The position numbers and the translations under genes were made by a program. Below are positions 38,340-51,675 of a stretch of 64,000 bases of DNA, in pieces. The DNA comes from Eledone cirrhosa (Eukaryota), in assembly GCA_964016885.1 (NCBI GenBank), contig OZ024743.1, positions 367,350,001 to 367,414,000 of the forward strand, in the 5' to 3' direction. The first letter of the stretch is position 1, and each line of letters starts with the position of its first letter. The notes under the pieces were generated by a model that saw nothing but the letters and a program-made list of their open reading frames with translations, had not been told where the DNA came from and did no database searches.

Positions 38340-38622
38340 GGAGGCACGTGGCCTAGTGGTAAGGGTGTTGGATTTACGATCATAATGTTGAGGGCTCAAT
38401 TCCTGGGTTGCGTGTGTGTTCTTGAGCAAAACACTTAATTTCACGTTGCTCCAGTATACTCACCTGAAAATGAGTACCAGCAATAACTGGAGGTTTAACC
38501 CTGCGATGGACTGGCGTCCTGTCCAGTGGGGAGTCTTGTACTCTCAGTCGCTTCATGCCATGAAACCAGGATAAGCACCGGCCAAATGAGCCTTCTGGCT
38601 TAAGACAGACTTTAGACTTTAG
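38340..38622 (+). mobile_element. tRNA-derived SINE, family B-related
   Basis: GGCACGTGGCCTAGTGG, CTTGAGCAAAACACTT and CCTGCGATGGACTGGCGTCCTGTCCAG, flanked by (TA)n. Related heads occur at ~43620, ~53294 and ~57602. Confidence 0.8.
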
Positions 38623-38701
38623 ATATATATATATATAATAGTACACTGGTGGGTTATATCAGTAGTAGTAGATCACTCAGTCCACAGGATGAGTTTGGTA
38701 C

Positions 38702-38929
38702 AAGTAGTTCCACAACAGTTAATTCACTATTTCCAAGAACAATTGTTTCACCTTAGTCGGATCATCAGCTCAGTTTAAATGGGAATATAAGGAAAAAGAA
38801 AAACAATTGTATGCATTCGTACAATTGTTTTTCCTTTTCCGTATATTCTCATTTAAGCCGAGCTGATGATCCGACTAAGGTGAAACAATTGTTCGCAGAA
38901 ATAGTGAATTAACTGTTGTGGAACTACTT
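38702..38929. repeat. Near-perfect palindrome (~110-bp arms) with one hammerhead per arm
   Basis: AAGTAGTTCCACAACAG...CTGTTGTGGAACTACTT. HHR-like motifs at 38733-38773 (-) and 38858-38898 (+). Confidence 0.9.
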
Positions 38930-38949
38930 ATATATATATATATATATAT

Positions 38950-39605
38950 ATAATTTGTTTTGCGAGATTTTTTATCAGAAAACGTGTGTTGAAACAGAAA
39001 TTGTTATACTTTGAGAGGGTCATGCTGCCAATAAAAACACAAGCACCTGTTGGTTTTCACTTCAATTTTTTATAAGTTTCCGGTTGGTTGATTGGTTTGA
39101 CAACCAGAAGGTTGTTCATATATTATCAAAGCTCTTTCGTCACACATTCTGTGACTTCCCCAGTGACGAGGTTTTTATTTTGTGACCTACACCATCTTGT
39201 TTTTGTATGTTGTGTGTTGTGTGCTTAGTTTGCACATGCATTACATCTGGGTGTGTGTGTGCTTTTATTTATTTATGTGTTTGTTTGTTCTACCTGTGTG
39301 TGTCTGATTTGTTTTGTTAGTTTGGTTTTTGTGTGCGTCTGTATGTTTTCCTTTTTTTCTTAATGACTAGTTGTGATGTTGCTATTCCACTCATGTTTTC
39401 TGTTTAATTTTGGTTGGAGTTCATTTATATTTGTTGCCTCTGTGATTTGTCTGAGCATTGCATCTTTTCTGTGTGTGGATATAATTTTTATCTCTTATAA
39501 TAAATTTTTATTGGCAGCATGACCCTCCAAAAATATAACAATATATGTTTCAACACACGTTTTCAAATAAGAAATCTCGCAAAAATAACAAATTCAGAAA
39601 TGAAT
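38950..39605. mobile_element. Solo PLE2-type terminal region closed by an inverted partial copy
   Basis: 38950-39480 is similar to 26215-26800. 39505-39595 is the reverse complement of 38952-39037. Flanked by (TA)n. Confidence 0.8.
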
Positions 39606-39821
39606 TATATATATATATATTTAGTTGGAGAATATGAATTCTAAAGACTATAACACACTCTTGGGCTGGTGTGATCAATATGGTTAATGTTTAGTTTGAA
39701 CTTTAGAATATTGAGGTCTGCAGAGAAAAACATGGAGAGGAAATCCATCAAGTTGCAATTCTTGGGAAGATTACAGAGAGGTCAAAATTCCCCCTCCTTT
39801 CTCTAACTCTTTCTCACACAA

Positions 39822-39852
<31 letters not shown>

Positions 39853-40064
39853 CACAATTGCCAAAGTCTCCAAAAAGTGGAAAGACACTGGCCAAATAAA
39901 CTAATAGAAGAAACTTTCGCTTGCATCATATCCCTAACTGCATTTTTTTCTAATAATTTATTTGGCTAGCATCTTCCCCAATTTTGGCATAGACATTTTA
40001 GCTGTCTTATTCATTGAGATGTTTTGTATATTAATGACATTTTTTCCGTTGTTTATGTATATAC

Positions 40065-40160
<96 letters not shown>

Positions 40161-40828
40161 CTTCTATACTGAAGAAGTGATGTCTGGCTATACTCAAATC
40201 AACACCTGATATGTAGAAGCATTATGCTACTGCAGGGTAGCTACTGTCTGATATTCTTCTCAATTTGTCAAGCATATAAATATGGCGACAAACATCTTCA
40301 TACAATTATTTCTTATGATTCAGTAGCAGTGTTGTAGTATCATTTTTCTACACTTCTTCTGTTTCTATCTTCTCATAGATATATTTTGTCCTGTTTTTCA
40401 TTTCAGTTTCTTTTTAAACTTTTATTTCCAGAATACAGATAATTAATGTCAACTATTAAGCCTGATGTGAAAATAAAAATTGAATGTCCCAATGTGCATA
40501 CAGGTTTCAATATTTATATTCCACCAGAGTAACTCTATAGAGAATTAAAACTATATATTTATCATCATCATCATCATCATCATCATCATCGTTTAACATC
40601 TGCTTTCTCTGCTAGCAAGGATTGGACATGCCTTCATAGACCATGTCAATACTGCAGCAGGTTTACTGACCTCCCAGACAAGCTGGGGATCTGCATCTTG
40701 CCTATGTACAGTCTCACATCGCTAAGATCATACAAAATGAATAAAAAAGTTGGGCAAAAACAAAAGAAAAATCGACAAAACATAGAATAATCCCCCTCAT
40801 CAGTCGACCACTGGAGGGCGGGCCTCAT

Positions 40829-40861
<33 letters not shown>

Positions 40862-40917
40862 AAAAAAATAATGAATAAACAAAGAAACAGTTCCTTATAT
40901 TAAACAAAAAAAGTTCA

Positions 40918-41053
40918 TTATTTTACGATCGTTTCTAGGATATATATGTGTTAGAATTGGTATGCATATTCTATAGATCTATGTACAATATTTATACAAA
41001 CTATCAGAGGGAATATACATACCTTCACATATATATGCTGTCTTCAGAAATAA
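40918..41053 (-). ncRNA. Mirror-image hammerhead on the minus strand
   Basis: Exact palindromic counterpart of 41054-41189. Confidence 0.7.
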
Positions 41054-41189
41054 TTATTTCTGAAGACAGCATATATATGTGAAGGTATGTATATTCCCTC
41101 TGATAGTTTGTATAAATATTGTACATAGATCTATAGAATATGCATACCAATTCTAACACATATATATCCTAGAAACGATCGTAAAATAA
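41054..41189 (+). ncRNA. Type I hammerhead ribozyme with ~105-nt stem II
   Basis: UUAUUU-CUGAAGA-[CAGCAUAUAUAUGUG...CACAUAUAUAUCCUA]-GAAA-CGAUC-GUA-AAAUAA: perfect stem I, intact core, palindromic stem III ACGAUCGU. Stem II base has mismatches. Confidence 0.7.
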
Positions 41190-41386
41190 TGAACTTTTTT
41201 TGTTTAATATAAGGAACTGTTTCTTTGTTTATTCATTATTTTTTTAATAATTTATCTTGACTCTGTTTTCCGTTTATTTTTCACCGAAAGTAGTTTTTGA
41301 ATGCATCTTCTCCTTTCATGATATCCGGATTACATTGAGTTCTTCATACGGATTGGACACTACCGTAAACTTTTGGTAGATTTATC

Positions 41387-41446
<60 letters not shown>

Positions 41447-41589
41447 ATGTATGTTTAGAAAATGACAAATGAAATTTTCAAATTGAATTAAAAGATTTTG
41501 CCGTAATTTTGACTAATGCATTTATATGCCCCATTTTTATTAGATTATTATTTAGTCAAAGTTACGGTGAAATAAATAAATATATATAT

Positions 41590-43090
41590 GGATAGAGCCA
41601 CAAAAGCCAAGAGACAGGCATGGAAAGACAGGAAAAATGGGGGTTGATGAGACCAGTACCAGGTAGCTAAGAGAGAAGCTAGACAACATGTATATACAGC
41701 TCAGAGGGAGGCTGAAAAAAAAGAAAGTTTGCCAATGTCTTGAGACATGAAGAGTTCTGCATTACAAGGCAGTGTGTCAGTGTAAATTGGGATGTTGTTG
41801 GGGGAAAAGTGTGTTAGAAATGACACTGGTGCACCACTGATGTTAAAGAAAAAGAGGCCTGGAAATGTTACTATGAAAGATTGGTGAATGTAGAAAATGA
41901 ATGGAAGGAGGAGAGACTACATCCAACTTACTCAACAGAAGGACAAGCTATTGAAGTTGACAGGTATAGGGTCAAAGAAGCAATCAAAGAGATGAAGAAT
42001 GATAAAGTTGTGGGACTATCAGAGATAGTTGCTGAGATGCTAAAATCATTGGCAGAAGTAGGTGTCAAACTAGTAACCCACATAATCAATCAGGTAATAC
42101 AGGACAGAGTCATACCCAATGGCTGGTGCAGAAGTATAATCATAAATTGCTACAAGGGCAAAGGTGATGCCCTGGAAAGGAGAAACTGTAGAGGAATAAA
42201 ACTAATAGATCAAGTTATGAAAGTGTCAAATTAGATGGGCTGCAGTTCAGCTTTGTGCATGGGAAAAGTACTAGAGATGCTCTCTCCTTAGTGAGGCAAC
42301 AACAAGAGAAGTTCCTACCCAAGAATAAGCTGATATATTTAGCTTTTGTTGATCTAGAAAAAAACCTTTGACAGATACCTTGTTCTATTATCTGGTGGCC
42401 CTTAAGGAAATTAGGTGTAGATGAATGGCTTGTGTGGGCAGTGCAAGCCATATAAAGAGGAGCTGTTAGTAAAGTGCGAGTAGGAAGTGAGTTTAGTGAG
42501 AAATGCATAGTACAGGTAGGAGTTCATCAAGGTTCAGTTCTTAGGCCACTGCTGTTCATTATTGTTATCCTGGTTTTAACTGATGTTGAAAAGAAAGTAG
42601 CATGTAAATGCCACTGTGAAAGATTACTGATTGAGGAGAATGCATGGGAAAAAGATAGTTAGTTTCAAGTAAATCAAAAAGAGGGACCGACTGTACAGGT
42701 CAGCAGTTATATATTAAGTGAGGCAATCAAGACAGGCAAAGCAACTGGATCTTCGGAGATAGTTGCTCAGATGCGGAAAGCATCTGGGATGGTGGGTCAC
42801 ACCTTAACTTCCCTTATTGTAAACCAAGTAATACAAAATGGGGACATAGCAGCAGCATCATCATCTGTGACAAAGGCAAAGTAGATGCACTAGGCAGAGA
42901 AAACTATAGAGGTATTAAGTTGATAGACAAGGTCATGAAGGTCACAGAAAGATTTATAGCACAGCTGATCAGAGACAAAATTAACCTAGATGAAATGCAG
43001 TTCAGATTTGTGCCGGCTAAATGCACCACTGATGCTCTCTTCCTTGTGAGGCAACTGTAGAAGAAATACCTAGCTAAAAGTAAACCCAAG
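41590..43090 (+). mobile_element. Two tandem decayed RTE-type LINE RT fragments
   Basis: 41590-42575 (ORF 41881-42234, GVHQGSVL) is followed by a restart at ~42576 (CERLLIEENAW...KYLAKSKP). Confidence 0.8.
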
Positions 43091-45499
43091 TGTCTTTTAT
43101 CATAGCCTTAGGCAGACTGATACTTTGTGAATGAAATTTGATCATAATATATATATTTATATATGAATATATGTGTGTATATGCTTGTTTATCTCTTCAT
43201 TTCATATTGCATTCGATATTGCAACTGGTATTATGAACTGAAACTCCACTCCTCAACAATTAGATGTATCAAGATTCAGAAACAAATAAGAGTTGGTATA
43301 AAGAAGGGCATCTGATCAACCATAGAATTCTGTCTCAGAGAAGTTTAGTTCAAATCATCTCAGCATGAAAAATGGATGTAAAACTGATGAAGGTGATAAT
43401 GATGGTGACTTTAGAGCTATTGGGGACTGAGGATCTTTGGTTTATGTTGTCTGGCATGGGCCTTGGTGTGTGCCATACTTGCCTCACTTGGCCCTGAAGG
43501 TAGGTGAGGATAAATGCATATATATACACACATATATGCACATATGTGTGTATATATTATTATATATATTTATATAGATAATATATACACACATAGTATC
43601 TATATACATATATATTGTGAAGGCACGTGGCTGAGTGGTTAGAGAATTGGACTCTTAATCGTGAGGTTGTCAGTTTGATTCCTGGACTGGGTGATGTGTT
43701 ATGTCCTTGGGCAAGACACTTTATTTCATGTTGTTCCTTCTACCTGGAGTTGCGACCAATAAAAAGTATTAGCAATTGGAAAGACCAAGGAAACATTGTT
43801 TCCTTGGTCCAATCGACTGTCGATATATAAATATTTAATATTTTATAGGTATGTGAACTATATAATTATGCTGACTTTTCATGAGGATGCCATCAAAATC
43901 AAACTATATATCCAGATTAAAGAACATGGTCCACACAAGTGTTTTCTCTGATAACAAAAATCTACAGAAATGTTGCACCCAAAATATCAAAGTCATCATC
44001 AAAGCCACTAGATGAAATTTGTATTTTTAAGAATCAAAGACGCTATTCTTATCAATAGATTAAATCATTCTATTAATAGCAGGTGCTAGTCATATGAAGC
44101 TTATAAAATATAATAACTATATCAGTCTGCACATGACACCACCTCTCTGTCCCTATATATTAGTGTAAAGGAATCTAACTCACCACCACCACCACCCTCC
44201 ATTTTCCTTTTCTTTTGAAATATAAGTGTAAACTGTTGTTATAATTTACTTCACTTCCATTTTTACTATTTTATTTCTAACTTGCATTGTACTAGCTTTC
44301 CTAAAACAATATCAACTTTATATCTCATAATGCTTCAAATAAACTATACTATTCTGTACAGAAACATATATATATTTTTCTATATAGACCTTTTTCATTT
44401 ATCTGTTTTAAAATCTTTCAGTTTTAAAGGTTCTTTTTTTTTTGTTAATTTAGAAAAATTTAAATGTTTATTTCCTCTCAGTAATCGCATTGTCGACTCA
44501 CCTCCACCATCTTCTCTTTTTTTCTCTCTATGTATAGTAACAGGTGTTATATCTTAAAATTATAGAGACAAGCAAAATTTATTACAAAGGAAAAGAAGGG
44601 TAATGGACCTCAGTTGGTTTTGATGATGAGTGTTCTAGTTGTTTGATGAAGTGAACAGTTTGCTCATCAATTTAACATTAAGTAGCTCAGCATTCTACAG
44701 ACACATATACCCTTAAAATAATTCTCTGGGAGATCCAGCATGAGACAGTGTATGACAAGACTGAACCTTTGAATTACAGCTACAGTTCATCTGTTGGGTT
44801 TCAAAGCAATTTCTGTCTTTCCAATTTCACTCACAATTCACGGGCTGACCTGAAGCTATCATAAATGACACTTGCTGAAGATAGGCAACCATGATTGTCT
44901 CTGATTCAAAAACAAAAACGCACTTTTGTTCTTCTCTGTTTTTTCTTTGCTTTTTTCCTTAAAGCCTCTTGGAATGTGTTTATCATCATTCCTGTGGTAT
45001 ACAACTATTATGCAATATACACCCAAAGATGTCACCAGGTTGTTTTGTAACCTGGCCACTGAAATGTGCATAGTGTTTGCAGAAATAAATAATTAAGGGA
45101 ATTCAAACTGCCCAGCCTCCAGTCATTTTACTTTATAATATATTTAACTCCATTCCTGCACCACCAGCAGGATTCAACATCAAAGATGGATGAGTTGCAT
45201 AAGGTTGAGTGCTTTCCTACCATTACATCATAATTAACATTGCAGAATGACCGATTCTACCCAGGAGGTCATTTATAATTCTATTTCTTATTGAGTTTAC
45301 TTCCCATTTAGATTTTCTACTGAGTGAGTAGTGGTCAACTTTTCTGCAAATTTGGAAATATTTTTGTCCTCCTCTTCAGAAACTACTAGAAGGAACGAGA
45401 GAGGGAGAGGAGATAGAAAAAGAAGGAGGCAGAAGAGAAAGGGAAAAGAAGTAGAATAGGAGAGAGTGAGAAAAAAAAGAATAGAAAAATTGTACTTAC

Positions 45500-45622
45500 A
45501 GCTGAGATGATGAAATTCAATAGGGCAGTACCACCACCAAATAACAAAGATAAAACAGCAGTGACAAAAGAAAAGGCTAAATTGACGTTGCCTTTCAACA
45601 CCAGCCAAACTGACTCCAACAC
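45500..45622 (-). CDS. TMEM245: TMEM245-like internal exon (phase 0 to 0)
   Basis: Long pyrimidine tract, tag|GTG TTG GAG... translates VLESVWLVLKGNVNLAFSFVTAVLSLLFGGGTALLNFIISA|gtaagt, matching TMEM245 ILESLWIVMSRNVSLLF...SGTALLNFVLSL. Confidence 0.93.
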
Positions 45623-48600
45623 CTAAAGAAAAGAAAAAAAAAAACAGTTTCATGAAAATTTTATTGTCAAATATATCATCTGCAGTCATACATTTCACAC
45701 CCTGTTGTAGATACAGCAACTGCTACAGAAAGTCTTCAGCTCTGATCAGTTAGTTACTGACACTCTGCAAAGCTCATATAAGAATATTGAAATTAGAATT
45801 AATGTATGTATTGATTTTGTTGTTAATATAATTGCATTGTATTGGGCTTGTAATGCCTAATTACAAACAAGATATACTGGAATAATAGAATTTGTTAATT
45901 TATGTATAAATTTGTAGTGTTAAGTACAAGCAATCAAACCCAGCCTATATTTAATGAGGTATGTATTTATGTATAGTTACACAGCAATAAAGTAAGAAGG
46001 GTGGTACATAAGTTCACGTGAACAAATGAGGAGCAGTCCAAATAATATTAATAGGCAACAATCTCAACAATTCACAGTAGAATGCTGCTCACATATACAT
46101 GGTATAGTGCTGTTGTTGCTACACACATAAATATCATAGTTGATTGATAAAGTTTCATATTTAACACACTATCATCACTGACAGATGATGCTCTCATTGC
46201 CCTCTCATCCAAATCTGCATATCAAAGATTAGAAGTCTTATTCAAGACTTTGATTCTACATAACCATTTTCCCCAACCCTTTGTCTTTTGAGTTAACCAT
46301 CTTGAAGTGTCTTATAACCCATGTTTGTTTGTTTTCGGCAGACACAAACTTAGAGATGTTCAAGCTAACCAGTCTCAGAAGGCATGGAAAAGACTATTGG
46401 TGTTAACCCTTTCTCCTGACTAAGCCATATAAAACCAATCATCAACCCTCTTCTACTCTACTTGGTATTACTATCTATAGAATTCCTTATAATATACCAT
46501 CTTTCTTCTTTCCATCTTTATCACCCTCTCTCTATTTCTCCTCCTCCCTCATATGCTCTTAAATTCATTGATAAAATGTGCTAAACCACAAGTAACAATT
46601 CAAAACATTTATTATTGTAAAACAATGTTGAAGAAAAGAAATCTGTAGTTCTGTAGGGCAACAAACAGACCATCTAAAGCTCAACTTCCACCCTACTATT
46701 ATTCAAATGATTGCAACACATACACACATATATATAACACTTATAAGTGGGATGCTAAGTTGATTACAACAAACATATTGAATTGATTACAGTGCCTCAA
46801 CCATATAAACATTGATTTGATATATATATATAGAATGACAAAGATTATATGCACATACACATAAGATTGAGGTGATTATATCTTACATGTGTATGTGCCT
46901 TTTTTTCTTTTTTTATTACAACTTATATAACATGTACACATCATTCGACTGGGAACACACATCATATAGCTATGTTAATACTGAAATGATTACAAAATAT
47001 TGTATGAAAATAGCATATAACATTGATTTAGCTGCAAGATAACTAACATATATCTGTATATACATATGTACATATGTATGCATCCGTGTGTGCATGTATG
47101 TATATATTTATGTGTATGAATATGTACACATATATATATATATATCTGTATGATGTGGAGTTAATTAGAAACAAATATATGATGAAGAAGAGACAACAGA
47201 GATGAACATGTAATATATTGATCATATCAGTTTTGAACTATATATATCTCTGATCTCATAAACTGATATAGAGAATATGATGATTGTGAAAAGAAAAGAA
47301 TTCTATGAAGGAGGTATGATAAATCTATAACTTTTCCAGGAGTTAAAAATATAGATGTTAATTTTAGATAAGATATCCAAATCTTGTTTATTAAGTAAAA
47401 AAAAAAAGGTAATAGCAATATTATATCATGAGTTGTAAAATTAGAATAATGCTGTAAGTATTGCAGTTGTTTCAAAATCTGTGGATCAAGTGTGAATATA
47501 GATACAATCTTTAATTATGTGAATCAAAAGTTAATAGTTCATCTTCTTAAGACTCATGGGTGTCCATGGGACTGGTACATAATTTTGGTTTCTGTAGTAG
47601 TAAGAAACCTGGTTTGGTCATTGACCCATAACTGACAGCAGTAATAGAAGTGTTGTTAACTATTCTTAACAGCTTGGTGAATTGAAGAATACCGAAAGAA
47701 ATGTCTGCAATGAATCAGTTATAGTTTAATCATTTGCTATTTCATAATATCCAATGTGAGTTATAACAGTAAACAACTTACAATACAATACTATTTTGTT
47801 AGAAAAATGAAGAAACTAGAAATCTATTCCTAAAGTCTGCCTCACATAATAAAATTGAAATTTTTAGTATTATCTTTGAAATGATGTCTGATATTAGTGA
47901 ATTCTTTGACTTGAAAGTCATTTTAGATTTTAGACATTTATTTCTAAATTTTTGGAATTCATTTTAAAAGCAACAGAGAAACAAAGTACAATAGCAAATT
48001 CTAAACTAAAAAAACAATAGAAGTTTTCAGACCACCTTACAATAGTAATATGTACTAAACCATTTTATATCATGTTAGTGCTTTCTCTATAACCATTAAT
48101 AAGGCAATATTATGTTACTGAGATTATATCTAGAAGAGGTGACTATCAAATATTTAAGTACAAATCTTATCTTCATCAAGTGTCACAGGAAATACTTGTT
48201 CAATTATTTTTTGCATGATAGCAGACTTGAGTTACTTTACTTCGTTAGTTGATTCATACTATTGTGATTATGGTCATGCTGGAGCATCACTGCATATATA
48301 CCACATTTTATTTTAGAGGTTTTCTACTTTTAATGTTTTCATTATAATATTGGTTTATTCCACGAGTGTCTGCTTATTTGAAAGTGATGTACCACTGATT
48401 TCACTCCACTGATTTTGTGTAATCAAGGTTATTTTTTTATTAGAATACTGCTCACACATCGTGGCTGTGTACTAAAAAGATATTCAAGAGCACGCTCAAA
48501 GAAAGGCAACATCTATCTGACAGATACAAATTCACTTGAGATATTACATCTAGCACATTGATGCATTAACACATTACATCTGTTTCTTCAACTGTGACCA

Positions 48601-49334
48601 CAATTACAACACTTCCTTCTCTAAATTTGTAAACTGTGTAACACTATGCCTATGTCAAACTGTTATATCTTCTTCACCCTCTATTGTTGCTGTGTCCTAC
48701 CTTGGAAGCTTAAATATTTCCTCTAATGTTTATATCAATTTTTCTATTATTGTATCCTGTTTATAGTCTAGTGCTGATAACTAATACAGGAGAGGTGAGA
48801 GAAAGAGATCTATTTAGGTGTTTGTTAAAAACCTTTTACTAGCAGTTACTTAAATACAACTGTGCTAGCTTCCCATTTTGTTTGATGAAATTATACAAGA
48901 ATTGCACAGGTTGTTTACTCAGAAATGAAATGGCAGTACGCATGACTCTTTTTAAGATTCCTGAGACTTTGGGGAAGGTGAAAGATATCTTCAAACCAAA
49001 GATCTGGTCCAAATGCTTGCAACAGAGTGGGTTTTGCCAAAGGCCTCCAAGAGCCAGCAGATTAAGTCTACCAGTAGTAGGTGAATTGACATATGATTCT
49101 TTGGAATATGTTTCCATTCCCTTAGTCAAACCATCAGCTCCACACACAATAGCAACAATATGCCAATGACAGTCTTTACATAGCTGTTTAACCTGCTAGA
49201 AACAGCAACTACCCTACCATCATTAGAAATGGAAAGGCTTAGCAATGGAGATCACTTTCTATGTGACAATTTCATAGATAGACCATTAATATATTTGAAG
49301 AGAGATAATAAAAAGAATCATCCTTCAAGTGGAT

Positions 49335-50660
49335 TAACAAGGGGTGCAGTCAGGCCTTAGGTAGAGGGGCCTGTTTGAAAAATATATTGCAGTCTCCATT
49401 TCATGCAGTAAAAACTGGTGATGAGTCTGCAACCTGTCCTGGGAGGCATGGGATGGACGCACAAAGATTGCATATGTTGAGACTCCAAAGAGTGTTCAGA
49501 AGGGAGCAAATCCTAATAATTATAACCTGGAACATCACAACCCTTACAGGTAAGGAGCAGCAACTAGTATAGGAGGCTAGATGCTACCAGCTAGATATAG
49601 TTGGGGTTTCATCAACAAAGATCCATGGCTCTGATACTGTAGATTTGGATGAAGGATGGAAATTCCATTATTCAGATGTGGCACCAGAAATGACTGCACA
49701 GGCAGGAGTGGGGATATTCACTAGCCTCTGGATGTCTGAAGAGGTTATGGACCGGATCCCATTAGGAGGGGGAATTTGTCTCTTGAAGGTTAGAGTGAAA
49801 GGTAAGTCTCTGTGGGTGGTGTAAATTTATCCACCAACCATGAAGTCTGAATACAGATTCTTCCTTGATGAAGTCACTGCAGTGTTAGATGTAGTTAAGA
49901 CTGAATCATGTTTCCTGATGGGAGACTTCAATGCACATGTTGACACTGATCACTTGACATGGAAAGGAGTGATTGGAAGGGATGGCAATCCCAATCTAAA
50001 TATGAATGGAGAGGCTTTATTAAACTTCTGTTCTAACAATGGACTCTCTATTATGGATACCTTCTTCCATCACAGAGACATCCATAAATATACATAGTAT
50101 AGGGGAATCAGGGACAGAGATAAATAATTAATTTTGTGATTGTCTCTGGTCTCTTTGATTCTGTGCTGCATGTTCATGTTAAGTGAGGGGCTGGGCTGTT
50201 AACTGATCACCATCTAGTTATCTGCAGCTTGAGAAGTGTGGTGGATAAGGAAGTCAAGATCAGGTATGCAGATAATATTACATCGATTCAGAGACCTCCC
50301 TGTTAAATGCTGCTGGTGAAAGCAGCTTTGTGTGGTCCCAGGTGGCAGGAGTACCCCTTGGTTCAATCAAGAGGTCAAAGATGCCATCTGGCAAAGAGGT
50401 AGAGAGATTGTTGAGCCCAATCTAGCTGATTCCAATCTAGCTTGATTCCAGACACATCACAGCTGACCAAATATTCACACTGCGGTAGGTCTTGGAAAAA
50501 TTGTGGGAGTACTGCCAAGAGGTGTAATCTTGATTTGTAGACCTTGAAAAGGCATACGGCTACTTTCCATGGAAAGTTCTGCAGGCGTATGGGATTGATG
50601 GATAGCTTCTTATTGCTCTGATGTCTCTATACAAATGCCCAAGTATTTGTGTTTGGCTAA
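49335..50660 (+). mobile_element. Decayed second RTE-clade (Expander/BovB-like) LINE: endonuclease and RT pieces
   Basis: IITWNITTLTGKE, LDIVGVSSTK, LMGDFNAHV, TDHHLV and VDLEKAY, with many stops and deletions. Confidence 0.75.
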
Positions 50661-51029
50661 ATGGTGCTAAATTGAAACCATATTTTTTTTACTACAGAAA
50701 ATAGTTTAATAACAGTGTATATGCCCCTATAACGAGCATGCTAACACTCATTCTTAGACTATGATGAAAGCTGCTAATTCAATTCAATTTTCAAAGATAT
50801 ATCATCATCATCATCATCCCTGATTAATTTCTATTTACAGTTGCACTTGTCTAGCAAGTAATTTGTTCTGAAACTGTGTGTTGAAACTAAAACAATTGCA
50901 ATGTGGAAGACTTATTTTAGCTAGTTAAAAACACAAAAACTGCTAAATATAAAGCAGTTTTACACTTTTTATGTGTTTTCATATAGCTAAAATGACTCTT
51001 CTATGCTGTAATTATATATATATACATGT

Positions 51030-51611
51030 ATCATCATCATCATCATCACCGTTTTACGTCCGTTCTTCCACGCTAGCATGGGTTAGACGGGTTGTCCTGT
51101 TGTGGGCAGTGTCTGGTCGGCTGACCATGCCTTGCTCATACAGGAACTGATCTGGCTTGATTTCTACAGCTGGATGCCCTTCCTAACACCAACCTCATTT
51201 ACAGTGAGTGCTGGGTGCTTTTTCGTGGCGCCTACACGTCCACTTTACAGTGTGGGCTGGGTGCTTTTTTGCCGTGGCACCTCCACGACCACCTTGCGGT
51301 GGGGGGGGGGGGCATATTGTTTATATGCTTCAGCATGTACCCATGGGAGGTCGGGTACCCTGTATTACTGCGTGACGCCAGAAGTCACGGTCGTGTGTCA
51401 TTGACTTTGAGAGGTGTAGTTGGGTAAGGTCGGCTTTTATCACCTCATCCCAAGTCATCTTGGGTCTCCCCACTCCGCGGTTTCCATCAACTTCTAGTGC
51501 TCTGCACCTTTTTATGCAGCTGTCATCCTTCATACGCATCACATGTCCATACCAGCGTAACCGCCTCTCCTGCACGCAGCATTTGATTCCTCTTATGCTC
51601 AGTCTCTCTCT

Positions 51612-51613
<2 letters not shown>
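51030..51613 (-). mobile_element. RTE-type LINE 3' fragment between (TA)n tracts
   Basis: LRERLSIRGIKCCVQERRLRWYGHVM, 3'UTR and (CAT)n tail. Confidence 0.9.
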
Positions 51614-51659
<46 letters not shown>

Positions 51660-51675
51660 ATGCTTTGGGAGGGTC

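Larger units (their letters stand above)
40858..41249. repeat. Perfect spacer-less palindrome, 196-bp arms, centre 41053|41054
   Basis: Arm-by-arm comparison shows no mismatch from 40858 to 41249. It extends to 40852-41255 with one mismatch. Confidence 0.95.

Noticed and set aside
40770-40815. Minus-strand CTGATGA GGGGG motif
   Set aside because: No downstream stem II partner or GAAA; at best a truncated relic.
45680-45750. Minus-strand CTGAAGA...GAAA with a partial stem II
   Set aside because: Stem I cannot be formed, so it is likely a chance match.
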